A DNA stretch of 64,000 bases from an uncultured Gemmatimonadales bacterium (lineage in GTDB: Bacteria > Gemmatimonadota > Gemmatimonadetes > Longimicrobiales > RSA9): positions 320,001-384,000 of the forward strand of contig CAWCUS010000004.1 in assembly GCA_963798845.1 (NCBI GenBank), written 5' to 3'. A program made the translations under genes and the position numbers. The stretch's first letter is position 1. Every line of letters starts with the position of its first letter. Below are positions 29,648 to 39,770 of the stretch, in pieces. Below the pieces are notes generated by a model. That model searched no databases and was not told where the DNA came from. It saw only the letters and a list, made by a program, of their open reading frames with translations.

Positions 29648-30952
29648 TTACCGCAGCAGCCAGGCCCTTCGCCCGAGCAGTCCCCGGACGCTGGCGGGGA
29701 GCCTCCTGCGCGTGGCAGCCGCACCGTGCGTGGCACGGATGCCACTGCCGCCGGGTGCCGGCGTCGCCAGGAACGCGTGGACCTCGCCGGTGCTCTTCAC
29801 GACGGCGAGGCCCGCGATCTGGCCTGCCTGGTTGATGGCGAGGGGGAGGATCACGTACAGGGGGGCGTCCTCGGGGATGAGCTCGTTCAGGTCCGTGTAG
29901 GAGCCGGCCTGCCACAGGTAGCCGCGACAGAATCCGAAGGCCACGTCGCAGGAGGCGCCGACCATCTGGCCGCTGTCGTTGGCCTGGAAGGGCGTGTTCA
30001 CCCGGTCCGTGGGGTCGGAGCTCATCAGCCCGAGATCCTGGATTCCCGTCTGCCGGGTCCACCGGAAGGCGTGCAGGGCCCCGTCAGCGGTGCCTGCCGC
30101 GCCGAAGACCTCGCCCTGGTTGTTCACGGCCGCGGCGAAGCCGCTGATGGGGTCGCCGAGGTCCCCCAGATCGACGGGTGTGCCGTGGTCCCACAGCACC
30201 GCGTGCGCCCCCATTCCGGTTCCGTTGAAGAGGGTGTTCGAGCAGTCGCCGGACGTGCCGACGACCAGTCCTCGCTCGTTGTTCCGGACGGCCATGGCCA
30301 CCTCGTCGCCGGCGAGCGGGGGGAGCACGTGGATCCTGCCCCGCTCCCAGGACACCGCCTGGAAGTGGCTCTTCTGGGGCAGCACGCATGAGTTGTCGAG
30401 GACGCCGTCGTCCGCCAGCCCGACGATCTGGCCCTGGCTGTTCATGGACAGGGCGGCGGCGTTGGTGCCGCCGGGAAGGCCGTCAAGCGGCGTCATCACC
30501 CCGTCCCGCCACAGCGCGGGGCGGCAGGCCAGCGGCGAGTGGAAGCCGCAGAAGTCCTCCTCGAGCGGGTCCACCTGATCGACTTCGGAGAGGATGGAGA
30601 GCTCGGATCTCCCGGCCCGCCCCCCGGCCTGGCTGTTCAACTCCGCGCCGCCGAGGGTGCCGACGTCCGTCGCCCGGCCAGCTGCCCAGCGGAACCCGTG
30701 CTGGTAGCCGCCGGGCACAGTGGCGGCCCCGGCGACGCGGCCGGCGTCGCTGATGTCGAAGGCGATGCTGAAAGCCCCGTCGAAGCCGGCCAATGCGAGG
30801 TCGCCCTGGAGGTCCCGGATCTCGTAGCTGGGCGGCAGCGAGACCGACAGAGCGGCGGGCGAGGCCGAGGGGGCGGACGCGGTGGGACCGTCTCCGACGC
30901 ACGCGGACGCGGACAGGACCAGCACGATCGGGAGAGAGCTGCGAGCACGCAT
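29648..30952 (-). CDS. Extracellular HAF-repeat protein (probable lipoprotein)
   Basis: LSASAC lipobox-like; repeated HAF/HAV-x-W...DLG and NxxGQIVG units. Confidence 0.85.
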   Translation of the reverse strand: MRARSSLPIVLVLSASACVGDGPTASAPSASPAALSVSLPPSYEIRDLQGDLALAGFDGAFSIAFDISDAGRVAGAATVPGGYQHGFRWAAGRATDVGTLGGAELNSQAGGRAGRSELSILSEVDQVDPLEEDFCGFHSPLACRPALWRDGVMTPLDGLPGGTNAAALSMNSQGQIVGLADDGVLDNSCVLPQKSHFQAVSWERGRIHVLPPLAGDEVAMAVRNNERGLVVGTSGDCSNTLFNGTGMGAHAVLWDHGTPVDLGDLGDPISGFAAAVNNQGEVFGAAGTADGALHAFRWTRQTGIQDLGLMSSDPTDRVNTPFQANDSGQMVGASCDVAFGFCRGYLWQAGSYTDLNELIPEDAPLYVILPLAINQAGQIAGLAVVKSTGEVHAFLATPAPGGSGIRATHGAAATRRRLPASVRGLLGRRAWLLR

Positions 30953-31156
30953 CGTGACCTCCGGATAGGGTGGAGAGTGGCGAGACGGGATGACGGGATG
31001 CCGTGTCCATTGTGGGCGTTGTTGCGCGCCTCTAGCTTGGACTGGCGGTATCGGATCGTCTCACACTGGTAGACGCGCGGAATCCCCCCGAATCCTGACA
31101 TCCTCCGGCGGCGCCTCCGGGGAGGAGCCACCCACCGGAAAGCCCCAGAGGGATCT

Positions 31157-31756
31157 ATGGCGGCCACGCAGCAGCAGCACGCGATCACCGTCGTACTCGG
31201 CCAGCTGCGGGCCGGCGCGCCCGGGGCGATGGAGCGCCTGATCCCACTCGTCTACGCCGACCTGGCGCGCATCGCGCACCGGCAGCTCGGGCTCGAAGTG
31301 ACCGGCCACACCCTCTCCACGACCGAGCTCGTCCACGAGGCGTATCTGCGCCTCGTGGACCAGACGCGCGTCCAGTGGGCCGACCGGGCGCACTTCTATG
31401 CCGTGGCCGCGCACGTGATCCGGCGCGTGCTCGTGGACCACGCGCGTCGTCATGGCGCCGCGCGACGGGGTGGGCCGCAGCGGCGGAGCGTCCCGCTAGA
31501 GGTGCTCGAGTCCACCGACGCCGCGAGCCTCACCGCCGGAGAGCGCGCGGACGTGCTCGTGGCGCTCGACGACGCGCTCGATCGGCTCGCCGCCCTGGAC
31601 CCGCGGCAGGCGCGCGTGGTCGAGTGCAGGTTCTTCGGCGGGCTGACCGAGGCGGAGGCGGCGGAAGCGCTCGGCGTCACCGCGCGCACGGTGGCGCGCG
31701 ACTGGGTCAAGGCGCGCGGGTGGCTGTACCGGGAGCTGTGCGATGTCTCCTCCTGA
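31157..31756 (+). CDS. ECF-type sigma-70 factor (kinase-associated type)
   Basis: LIPLVYADL, HTLSTTELVHEAYLRL, RQARVVECRFFGGLT, TVARDWVKARGWL. Confidence 0.92.
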   Translation: MAATQQQHAITVVLGQLRAGAPGAMERLIPLVYADLARIAHRQLGLEVTGHTLSTTELVHEAYLRLVDQTRVQWADRAHFYAVAAHVIRRVLVDHARRHGAARRGGPQRRSVPLEVLESTDAASLTAGERADVLVALDDALDRLAALDPRQARVVECRFFGGLTEAEAAEALGVTARTVARDWVKARGWLYRELCDVSS

Positions 31757-34499
31757 GCACCACCGGGACGCCGGTCGGGCCGCGCTCACCGGACCGAGCC
31801 CGGCGCTCTCGGCCGAACGGTGGCGGGAGGTTCAGCGCGTGGTCGACGGCGCGCTCGACCGCCCGCCGCACGAACGGCACGCGTACCTGGCTGAGGCGTG
31901 CGCAGCGGACGCCTCGCTGCGCACCGACGCCGCGCAGCTGCTGACGGCCTGCGAGCGCGCAGAGCGGGCGAGCGGGCTCTTCGGCGAGCAGGCGATCGCG
32001 TTCGCCGCTCCCCTGCTCGCCGACCTCGCCGCCGAGGACATCGCGGGTGCGGATGAACGTCGGGCGACGCTGGCGGACGCGCTGCGCAGCGCGCTGGCGA
32101 CCCGTTACGCCATCGAGGGCGAGCTGGGGCACGGTGGTATGGCCACGGTGTTCCTCGCGCGAGATCTCCGCCACGATCGGGCCGTGGCGGTGAAGGTCGT
32201 CGAGCCGAACGTCGCGCCCGGGGGGGCCAGGCGGTTCCTGCAGGAGATCCGGACCGCCGCAGGGCTCACGCACCCGCACGTGCTCGGCGTCCACGACTCG
32301 GGCGAGGCGGACGGCCTGCTCTACTTCGTGATGCCCTACGTGGAGGGAGAGACGCTGCGCGCTCGAATGGCGCGTGAGGGAGCGCTCCCGCTCGGGGAAG
32401 CGGTGCGCCTGCTGCGTGAGCTTGCGGACGCGCTCACGTACGCGCACGCGCAGGGAATCGCGCATCACGACCTCAAGCCCGAGAACGTGCTCCTCTCGGG
32501 CGGCCACGCCATCGTCGCCGACTTCGGCATCGCGAAAGCGCTGGCGGCCGCGACCGGAGACGAGTTCGACGCGGGCCTCCTCTCCGCTGCCGCGGTCCTG
32601 GGCACGCCGGGCTACATGGCTCCCGAGCAGGCACTCGGCCAGGGCTCGGCCGACCACCGGGCGGACCTTTACTCTCTCGGCGTGCTCGCGTACGAGATGC
32701 TCGCGGGCGCGCGCCCCTTCGGCTCGTCCCGTGCTCCCGTGCCGGCAGCGCTCCCATCGCTCCGCGCCCGCCGCCCCGACGTGCCGCCCGCCGTCGTCGC
32801 GCTCGTCACGCGGCTCCTCGCCAGGGACCCCGCCGATCGCCCGCAGAGCGCTGAGGCCGTGCTGCACGCGCTGGACGGCATCCTCGTACCGCCGACCGGG
32901 ACCACGACCGGGGCGCGCCGGCGGGTCGTCGCAGCCACCGCGACGCTGCTCGCCCTCGCGGGTGCCGGCGGATACGCTGTGTGGCGCGCGGATGCGACAT
33001 CGGCGGAGCGGCCCGAAACGGCTGTGACGATCAGCGGCGGGAGCCTCGTACCCGGGCGTTCTGCGCTCCAGGGGGTGGCGGTGGTGCCCTTCGCCAGCGA
33101 CGGCGGCTCGCCCGAGGACGACTATGCCATCGTCGGCATGGCCGATGAGCTGGCCCACGCGCTCGCGCGTCTCCCCGGGCTGCGAGTGGCCGGGCGAACG
33201 TCGAGCCACGCCTTCAGGGGGACGGCGGCCGCGCCCCAGGAGATCGGTCGGGCGCTGAACGTCGCCGCCCTTGTCGAGGGCACGGTGCACAGGACGGGCG
33301 ACCGTCTGCGCGTGGCCATGCAGCTGGTGAGCACCGCGGACGGGGCGGTGTTGTGGGACAGCGTCTTCGAGGGCCGCACGGGCGGGGTGCTCGGCCTGCA
33401 GGACGAGCTCGCCCGCGCTGTCGTCGCGGCCCTCGGGGCAGAGCCCGACGGGTTCGTCGGCGACGTTTCGGGCGTGGATCTCGGACGCGGCACCACGGAT
33501 CAGGAGGCGTACGATCTGTACCTGAGAGGCCGCTACCATTTCCTCCTGCGCGGCTCGGACAACATCACCCGGAGCATCGGGTACTACCGGCAGGCGATCG
33601 CGCGGGACCCGTCGTTCGCCCGCGCCCACGCGGGACTGGCGATGGCCTACAGCGTACTGCCGATCTTCCTCCCCGACCCGAGCGACTCGGTGAGTGCGCG
33701 AACAATGGCGAGTGCCGAGCGCGCGGTGGCGCTGGACTCCTCGCTCGCGGACGCGCAGATCGCCCTGGGCGTCGCGCTCGGCGGCCGCCTGCGGTTGCGC
33801 GAAGAACTGGAGCGCTACCGGGCGGCGGTGATCCTGGATCCGTCCTCCGTCACCGGGCACCACTGGCTCGGCCTCAGCCTGCTCAACATGGGTCATACCG
33901 ACGAGGCGATCGTCGAGCTGCGCCACGCGGCGGAGCTCGACCCGCTGGCCCCCACACCGGCGGCCGCGCTCTCGACCACCCTCCTGTGGGCCCGACGGTT
34001 TCCCGAGTCCGCCGCCGCGGCCCGCAGGACGCTCGCGCTCGACTCCACGTTCCGGTTCGCACTCTGGACGCTGGGCGTCGCACAGGCGTTCGGAGGGCAG
34101 CCGGACAGCGCCGTCGTGACCCTCGAGCGCGGTGCACGCCTGCAGCCGGGGGACCCCTGGATCTCCTCCGGTCTGCTCTTCGCCTATGCCGCGGCGGGCC
34201 GCTGGGCCGACGCGCAGCGGCTCCGAGCGCTTCTCAATGGGCCGGGCGGCGATCCATACGGCGGCGCTTTCGCCGCGCTCGGCGACATGGTGTTCGGCGA
34301 CCGGGAGCCGCTCGTGCGGCTGCTGAGCAGCGAGGTGGGGCAGCGCGACTTCATCCGCGCCGGCGGGTTGCTCGGCTGCAATCCGACCTTCGACCCGCTC
34401 TGGGAGGACGCGCGCTTCCGGGCCGCGATGCGCCGCCTCGGGGTGGCGGTCTGCCCGCTCGCGCGGCCGTGGCCCCTGCCAACGCGCCCGGGGGCGTAA
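31743..34499 (+). CDS. Ser/Thr protein kinase with TM, TolB-like and TPR domains
   Basis: GHGGMATV, HHDLKPEN, DFGIA, GTPGYMAPE; VAVVPF...LRVAGRTSS; EAYDLYLRGRY TPRs; overlaps the sigma gene. Confidence 0.92.
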   Translation: MSPPEHHRDAGRAALTGPSPALSAERWREVQRVVDGALDRPPHERHAYLAEACAADASLRTDAAQLLTACERAERASGLFGEQAIAFAAPLLADLAAEDIAGADERRATLADALRSALATRYAIEGELGHGGMATVFLARDLRHDRAVAVKVVEPNVAPGGARRFLQEIRTAAGLTHPHVLGVHDSGEADGLLYFVMPYVEGETLRARMAREGALPLGEAVRLLRELADALTYAHAQGIAHHDLKPENVLLSGGHAIVADFGIAKALAAATGDEFDAGLLSAAAVLGTPGYMAPEQALGQGSADHRADLYSLGVLAYEMLAGARPFGSSRAPVPAALPSLRARRPDVPPAVVALVTRLLARDPADRPQSAEAVLHALDGILVPPTGTTTGARRRVVAATATLLALAGAGGYAVWRADATSAERPETAVTISGGSLVPGRSALQGVAVVPFASDGGSPEDDYAIVGMADELAHALARLPGLRVAGRTSSHAFRGTAAAPQEIGRALNVAALVEGTVHRTGDRLRVAMQLVSTADGAVLWDSVFEGRTGGVLGLQDELARAVVAALGAEPDGFVGDVSGVDLGRGTTDQEAYDLYLRGRYHFLLRGSDNITRSIGYYRQAIARDPSFARAHAGLAMAYSVLPIFLPDPSDSVSARTMASAERAVALDSSLADAQIALGVALGGRLRLREELERYRAAVILDPSSVTGHHWLGLSLLNMGHTDEAIVELRHAAELDPLAPTPAAALSTTLLWARRFPESAAAARRTLALDSTFRFALWTLGVAQAFGGQPDSAVVTLERGARLQPGDPWISSGLLFAYAAAGRWADAQRLRALLNGPGGDPYGGAFAALGDMVFGDREPLVRLLSSEVGQRDFIRAGGLLGCNPTFDPLWEDARFRAAMRRLGVAVCPLARPWPLPTRPGA

Positions 34500-34587
34500 G
34501 CGCGAGGTCAGCCGACCTGGCGGGTGGAGCGGAGCGGCGCCCCCGACCTCGATCTCGTCGCCCGACTCGGAACCCCGAGGCCGGGCC

Positions 34588-37009
34588 TCAGGGCGTCCAG
34601 GACAGGCTCAGCGAGCCGTACCAGCCGGCGTGGTAGGGGGCGGGGATGATGTAGCCGTCGCCGGTGCCGCCGTCCTCCGGGAGGGCAAGCCCCTCGATGT
34701 TCGGGCCGATGAAGAGGAAGGCGTAGTGGGTGCTGTTCGTCAGGTTGTCGGCGCCGGCGAAGACGTCGAGCTTCCAGCGACCGCCGAGCGTGCGCTCGAG
34801 CCCCGCCTTCACGCTCACCAGGTCATAGCCGTCCACCCAGGTGGAGTTGTCGAAGGTGACCGGGACGCGGTCCACCCACCGGTACGTGACGTTGGCGTAC
34901 GCGCCGGCGCGGGTCGCGATGTCGAGCCCGGCGTTGACCGTGTTCTTCGGCACGCGCGGCACCGCGTTGCCCGAATAGTCGACGGTGGCGGGGTCGTCGT
35001 TGCGGTCGCTCGCGAAGTCGACGAACCTGGCGTCCAGGTACGAGTAGGTCACCCACGAGCGGATGCGCGACACCGGCGCCCGGGCGTCGCTCAACGCCAG
35101 CAGGCTGAGCGACAGCTCCGCGCCCCGGTTCCTCTGCTTCCCGGCGTTCGTCGTGTACGTCACGGAGCTGGATGTCGCAGTGACGAGCTTGTCCGTGTTC
35201 TCCAGGTCGAAGAGCGCGAGGCTCCCGGACAGGCGACGCCCGAAGAGGGAGCCCTGCACGCCCACCTCGTACTGAACGGCGCGCTCGGGCTGGAGCGACA
35301 GGTTCACGGACCCGTCGTTCGCCACCACGTTGCCGAGCAGCGGCGGCGTGTAGCCGGAGCCGACGCTGGCGTACGCGGAGACGGGCCCGGCCAGGACCTT
35401 CGCGATGGAGACGCGCGGCGTGAACACCGGGTCGAACGAGCGCGCCTGCACGCTGGCGCTGTCGTAGACCTGCCCATTCCGCAGCATGTTCCGGATCCCG
35501 AACCCGTTCCAGTGCACGCCGGCGCCGGCCGTCAGCCAGGCGCCGCCGGGCAGATCGAACGTCCACTCCGTGAACACCGACCGGCTGGTGGCGTGGTTCT
35601 GCTGGTCCGAGGGCCGCTGCGGCCGCGACGGGATCGGGATGATGAAGACGCCGTTCGTCGTGATGTTCGAGCGCTCCAGGGTGCCTCCCAGCGTCCCGTT
35701 CAAGCCGACGCTGCTGCCGAGCTTCCCCGTGTAGCCGAACACCGTGCGCGCACCGAAGCTGAACTCGGCGTTGTCCGTGACGCCGTGGGCGAAGCGCACG
35801 TCGGAGGTCTGCCCCGACCCGTAGACGGTCGTGCGATTGGAGAAGCGGTCGCCCAGGCGCAGCCGGTCCGTCACACCGGCCTGAAAGCCGTCCACGGCCA
35901 GGTGCGAGTCGTTGGCCAGGTACGCGTCGTTGCTCCTGGCCTGCCGCGCGTACAGGTCCGAGGCGTCGATCTCGCCCGCCAGCTCCTCGAACGACCGGTC
36001 ATACGCGAAGAACGTCGAGATGGTCTGCGAGTCCGCCACGCGGAAGTCGCCCGTGGCCGTCACGTAGTGCTTCTCCGACGCGCTGTGCGGCCGGAACGAA
36101 TCGTACGTCTGCCAGCCGTAGTTCATCGACAGCGCCGAGTGGTCCGTGGCCCGGTCGAAGGTCGTGTTCGTCCGGAGCAGGCCGTACCGCCCCCCGATCA
36201 CCTGCTGGGTCAGACCCCGATCGCCGGGCGCGGGCCGCCTGGTCTGGAACCGCACCGCCCCGCCAATGTAGCTGCCGTACTCCGTCGAATGCAGGGCCCT
36301 TCACGATGTCCACCCGCCCCAGCGTCGAGTAGTCAATGTCGTCCAGGATCGTCACCCCCGCCGCGTCCGTCACCGGGATGTCGTTGATGAACACCCTGTA
36401 GCCGAGCCCGTTCGAGTTCGGGCTGTTCCCGCTCGTGCTCGGGTAGTAGCCCCGGATGGTGATCCGCGCCCCTCCCCACGGCGTCCGCGACTGCATGAAC
36501 ACGCCCGGCTCCGTGTTGACCGACGTCTCCAGCCGGACCTCGTTCCCGCGCTCCAGGTCCTTCGCCGTCAGAACCCCCACCCCCGGCGTGGGTCGGCTCG
36601 TCACGACCTCGATCCCCGGCAACGGCACTGCCGCCGGGACGAGCGACACGTGCAGCACCTGCGACGCGTCCGCCACCGCCACCGTCCTGGCCTGGTAGCC
36701 CACGCTCGACACCGTCAGGCTCGCCACCGCGCGTCTCGCCCGCAGCGTGAACGACCCGTTCTCGTTCGTCACCGTCGCCGTCCGCGTTCCGGGCGCCTGC
36801 ACCGACGCGCCGGCGACCGGCGCGCCCGTCTGCTGGTCGGTCACGGTGCCGTGCAGCAGCGTCTGGGCTCGCAGCGCCGCGGGGAGGGCGAGCCCCAGCC
36901 CGCAGAGGAGGAGCAGCGCCAGGACGGGCGTGGAGCGTGAATGGGCGACGAGCCTTCGCGTGGCGCGCACGGGCGAGGTGCTCCGGTCGGAACTTCCCAG
37001 CCACGTCAT
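34588..37009 (-). CDS. TonB-dependent receptor with carboxypeptidase-regulatory-like N-domain, frameshifted near 36289
   Basis: GTVTD..GAPVAGASV; plug ITIRG...VDIVKGPA; removing one base restores STEYGSYIGGAVRF; barrel ends YGSLSLSWTP. Confidence 0.88.
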
Positions 37010-37034
37010 GGTGCGGAAATCCTGGAGAAGGTTT

Positions 37035-37379
37035 CTACTCGGGGGCCTGAGCCTGCTGGTACTCGGCGCCCAGGTGCTCCGCCAGTCCCCGCATGATCGT
37101 CCCGGCGACGCTCGCCAGGTACTGCTCCGCCCACGCCACCCCCTCGAACTCGGGGAGCGGGTCCACCTCGAGCCCGCCGTCGAGGAATCGGGCCAGCCCC
37201 AGCGGGATACCGCCCTTTCGCATCAGGTCGTTGAGCTTCCGCACCGGCGCGGAATCCGCGGACCACACCATCTCCGTCCGGTCCTCGAAGCCCACCACGA
37301 GCCCCGCCCGGAGAACACCCTCCCCTTGCGCCTTCTCCAACAGGCCGTCGACCAGGTCCTTCGTCGTTCGCTGTTCCAT
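37035..37379 (-). CDS. Hypothetical protein
   Basis: GAGAGGAG RBS, GC3-biased 114-aa ORF. Confidence 0.65.
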   Translation of the reverse strand: MEQRTTKDLVDGLLEKAQGEGVLRAGLVVGFEDRTEMVWSADSAPVRKLNDLMRKGGIPLGLARFLDGGLEVDPLPEFEGVAWAEQYLASVAGTIMRGLAEHLGAEYQQAQAPE

Positions 37380-37904
37380 GACTCCTCTCGTGTTCTGCTC
37401 CCTTCACAGGGGAGCACTTTAACCTCCCGGAGTCGGGCCGTCGACAGTCGCACGGCTTCGAGCGCGACTCGCCTTCGGCCGGAGCGTCCGCGGCTTGAAA
37501 CCCTGCTCGCCGCCTGCGTCGACGGCCCCTGCCCGCTGGTCGCACACGGCCGGGCCGTGTTAGATTCGTGGGCCTCGCCGGAGTTACACGCGGTTCGACC
37601 GCGGCGCCCCGCGCGCCGCGTCGGCTCAACCCCTCCCCGGAGGTGAACGTGGGCGTGCGCCGAGCCTACTGCTCCGCCGTCGACCGGAACGTGCCCGTAG
37701 TCCTGCGAAGAGGCGCCTCGACTCCGCGACGACTCCCGGTGGACCCTCCCGCGGCACTCCGCTGCCTCGACTATCCCACCCGCTGCACCGGTTGGTGCTG
37801 CCCCCTCGCCGCCGCCGAGGAGGCCGATCCGGCCGAAGATGCGGACCCCATGCCCGCCGTGCCCGGTGGGCCGAGGCCGAGCGTTCCCCGAACCGGCTGA
37901 AGCG

Positions 37905-39692
37905 ATGGAGCCGACCGACGTAGGAAATCCCCGGCACTATCATCGGGTCGTCGACTGCCAGTGGGCCTGTCCGGCCCACACGGACGTGCCCGGCTACATC
38001 CGGCTGATCGCCCAGGGTCGGTACACGGACGCGTACATGCTGAACCGGGAGTCGAACGTGTTCCCGGGCGTGCTCGGGCGAACGTGCGACCGTCCGTGCG
38101 AGCCGGCGTGCCGCCGCGGCCGGGTCGATGAGGAGCCCGTGGCCATCTGTCGCCTGAAGCGGGTGGCGGCCGACCTGCGCGACGACGTACGGGAATACCT
38201 TCCGAAGGCGCCAACGGCCAGGAACGGCAGGCGCGTGGCCTGTGTCGGCGCCGGGCCCGCCTCTCTCACTGTCGCCAACGACCTCCTCCCGCTGGGCTAC
38301 GAGGTCACGATCTACGAGAAGACAGAGAAGGCGGGCGGGCTCATGTGGCACAACATCCCCAAGTTCCGCCTCCCACCCGCGGTGCTGAAGGAGGAGATCG
38401 GCTTCATCATCGACATGGGGGTGGACCTCCGGTTGAACACGACGGTCGGCAGCATGAGGGCGCTGCTCGAGGAAGGCTACGACGCCATCTTCATCGGCTC
38501 CGGCGCGCCGCGAGGGAAGGAGCTGGAGCTGCCGGGGCGGTGGGATTCGAAGAACGTCCACATCGGGATCGACTGGCTGGCGTCCGTGGCGTTCGGCCAT
38601 GTCACCTCCGTGGCGCCGCAGGTGCTGGTCATCGGGGTGGGGAACACGGCCATGGACTGCTGCCGCACGGCCCAGCGTCTCGGGGCGACGGACGTGAAGG
38701 TCATGGCGAGGAAGCCCCGGGCATACTTCAAGGCCAGCCCGTGGGAGATGGAGGATGCGGAAGGAGAGGGGGTGGAGATCGTCGAGAACCACTCTCCGAC
38801 GCGGTACGTGGTCGAGGATGGCCGGCTGGTGGGGATGGAGTTCGAGGTGCTCCGGTCGTGGGAGGACGCGGACGGGAAGCTGCACCAGGAGCACGAGCGG
38901 GACGTCGTCGTCGCCTGCGACGCCGTGATCCTCGCCATCGGCCAGGACACGGCGTTCCCCTGGATCGAGCGGGACCTCGGGATGGAGTTCGACGAGTGGG
39001 GCCAGCCCGTGGTGGACCGGGCCACCTACCAGACCACGCGGGCGGAAGTCTTCGCTGGCGGCGATGCAGCCTGGGGGCCCGAGAACATCATCTGGGCGGT
39101 GGAGCACGGCCACCAGGCCGCCATCTCCATGCACCTGCTGTGCGAAGGCCGCGACCTTCACGACCGGCCCGGCTACGGCATGAACCTGGTCACGCAGAAG
39201 ATGGGGCTCCACGAGTGGAGCTACTCCAACTACTACGACGTCGCAGAGCGAACGCCCATGCGCTTCGCGGACCTGGAGAAGCGCCTCGAGGGGCTGGACG
39301 TGGAGGCGGAGCTCGGGTTCGACCTGGCCGGCACGCTGCGGGAGGTGGAGCGCTGCCTCAACTGCGACATCCAGACCCACTTTACGGCGCCGCTGTGCAT
39401 CGAATGCGACGCCTGCATCGACGTCTGCCCCGTGGACTGCCTCACCATCACCTGGAACGGCGACGAGGCCGAGCTCCGCACACGTCTGAAGGCACCGGCC
39501 GAAAACGAGGACCAGCCCCTCTACGCATCGGAGCCCCTGCCCCAGACCGCGCGCATCATGGTCAAGGACGAGGATTTCTGCATACACTGCGGCCTGTGCG
39601 CGGAGCGGTGCCCCACGGCCGCCTGGGACATGCGGAAGTTCGATCTGCTGGTGCCGTACGCGGGAAGGGAAGCGGGGGCGGCGGCGAAGTAG
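37905..39692 (+). CDS. GltD/NfnB-like FAD/NAD(P) oxidoreductase with C-terminal 2x[4Fe-4S] ferredoxin domain
   Basis: CQWACP, GRTCDRPCEPACRR, VGAGPAS, IGVGNTAMD, FAGGD; CIECDACIDVCP and CIHCGLCAERCP. Confidence 0.9.
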   Translation: MEPTDVGNPRHYHRVVDCQWACPAHTDVPGYIRLIAQGRYTDAYMLNRESNVFPGVLGRTCDRPCEPACRRGRVDEEPVAICRLKRVAADLRDDVREYLPKAPTARNGRRVACVGAGPASLTVANDLLPLGYEVTIYEKTEKAGGLMWHNIPKFRLPPAVLKEEIGFIIDMGVDLRLNTTVGSMRALLEEGYDAIFIGSGAPRGKELELPGRWDSKNVHIGIDWLASVAFGHVTSVAPQVLVIGVGNTAMDCCRTAQRLGATDVKVMARKPRAYFKASPWEMEDAEGEGVEIVENHSPTRYVVEDGRLVGMEFEVLRSWEDADGKLHQEHERDVVVACDAVILAIGQDTAFPWIERDLGMEFDEWGQPVVDRATYQTTRAEVFAGGDAAWGPENIIWAVEHGHQAAISMHLLCEGRDLHDRPGYGMNLVTQKMGLHEWSYSNYYDVAERTPMRFADLEKRLEGLDVEAELGFDLAGTLREVERCLNCDIQTHFTAPLCIECDACIDVCPVDCLTITWNGDEAELRTRLKAPAENEDQPLYASEPLPQTARIMVKDEDFCIHCGLCAERCPTAAWDMRKFDLLVPYAGREAGAAAK

Positions 39693-39770
39693 AGGCCCAT
39701 GCACCGCCAATACGCGGACTCCGGGAGCGCCCGCTCCCTCATATCCAGAATGGCCCAATGAGCCCTCCTC

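Noticed and set aside
37380..37904. Long intergenic region possibly holding an sRNA or small ORF
   Set aside because: No recognisable RNA motif, RBS-supported ORF or repeat structure.
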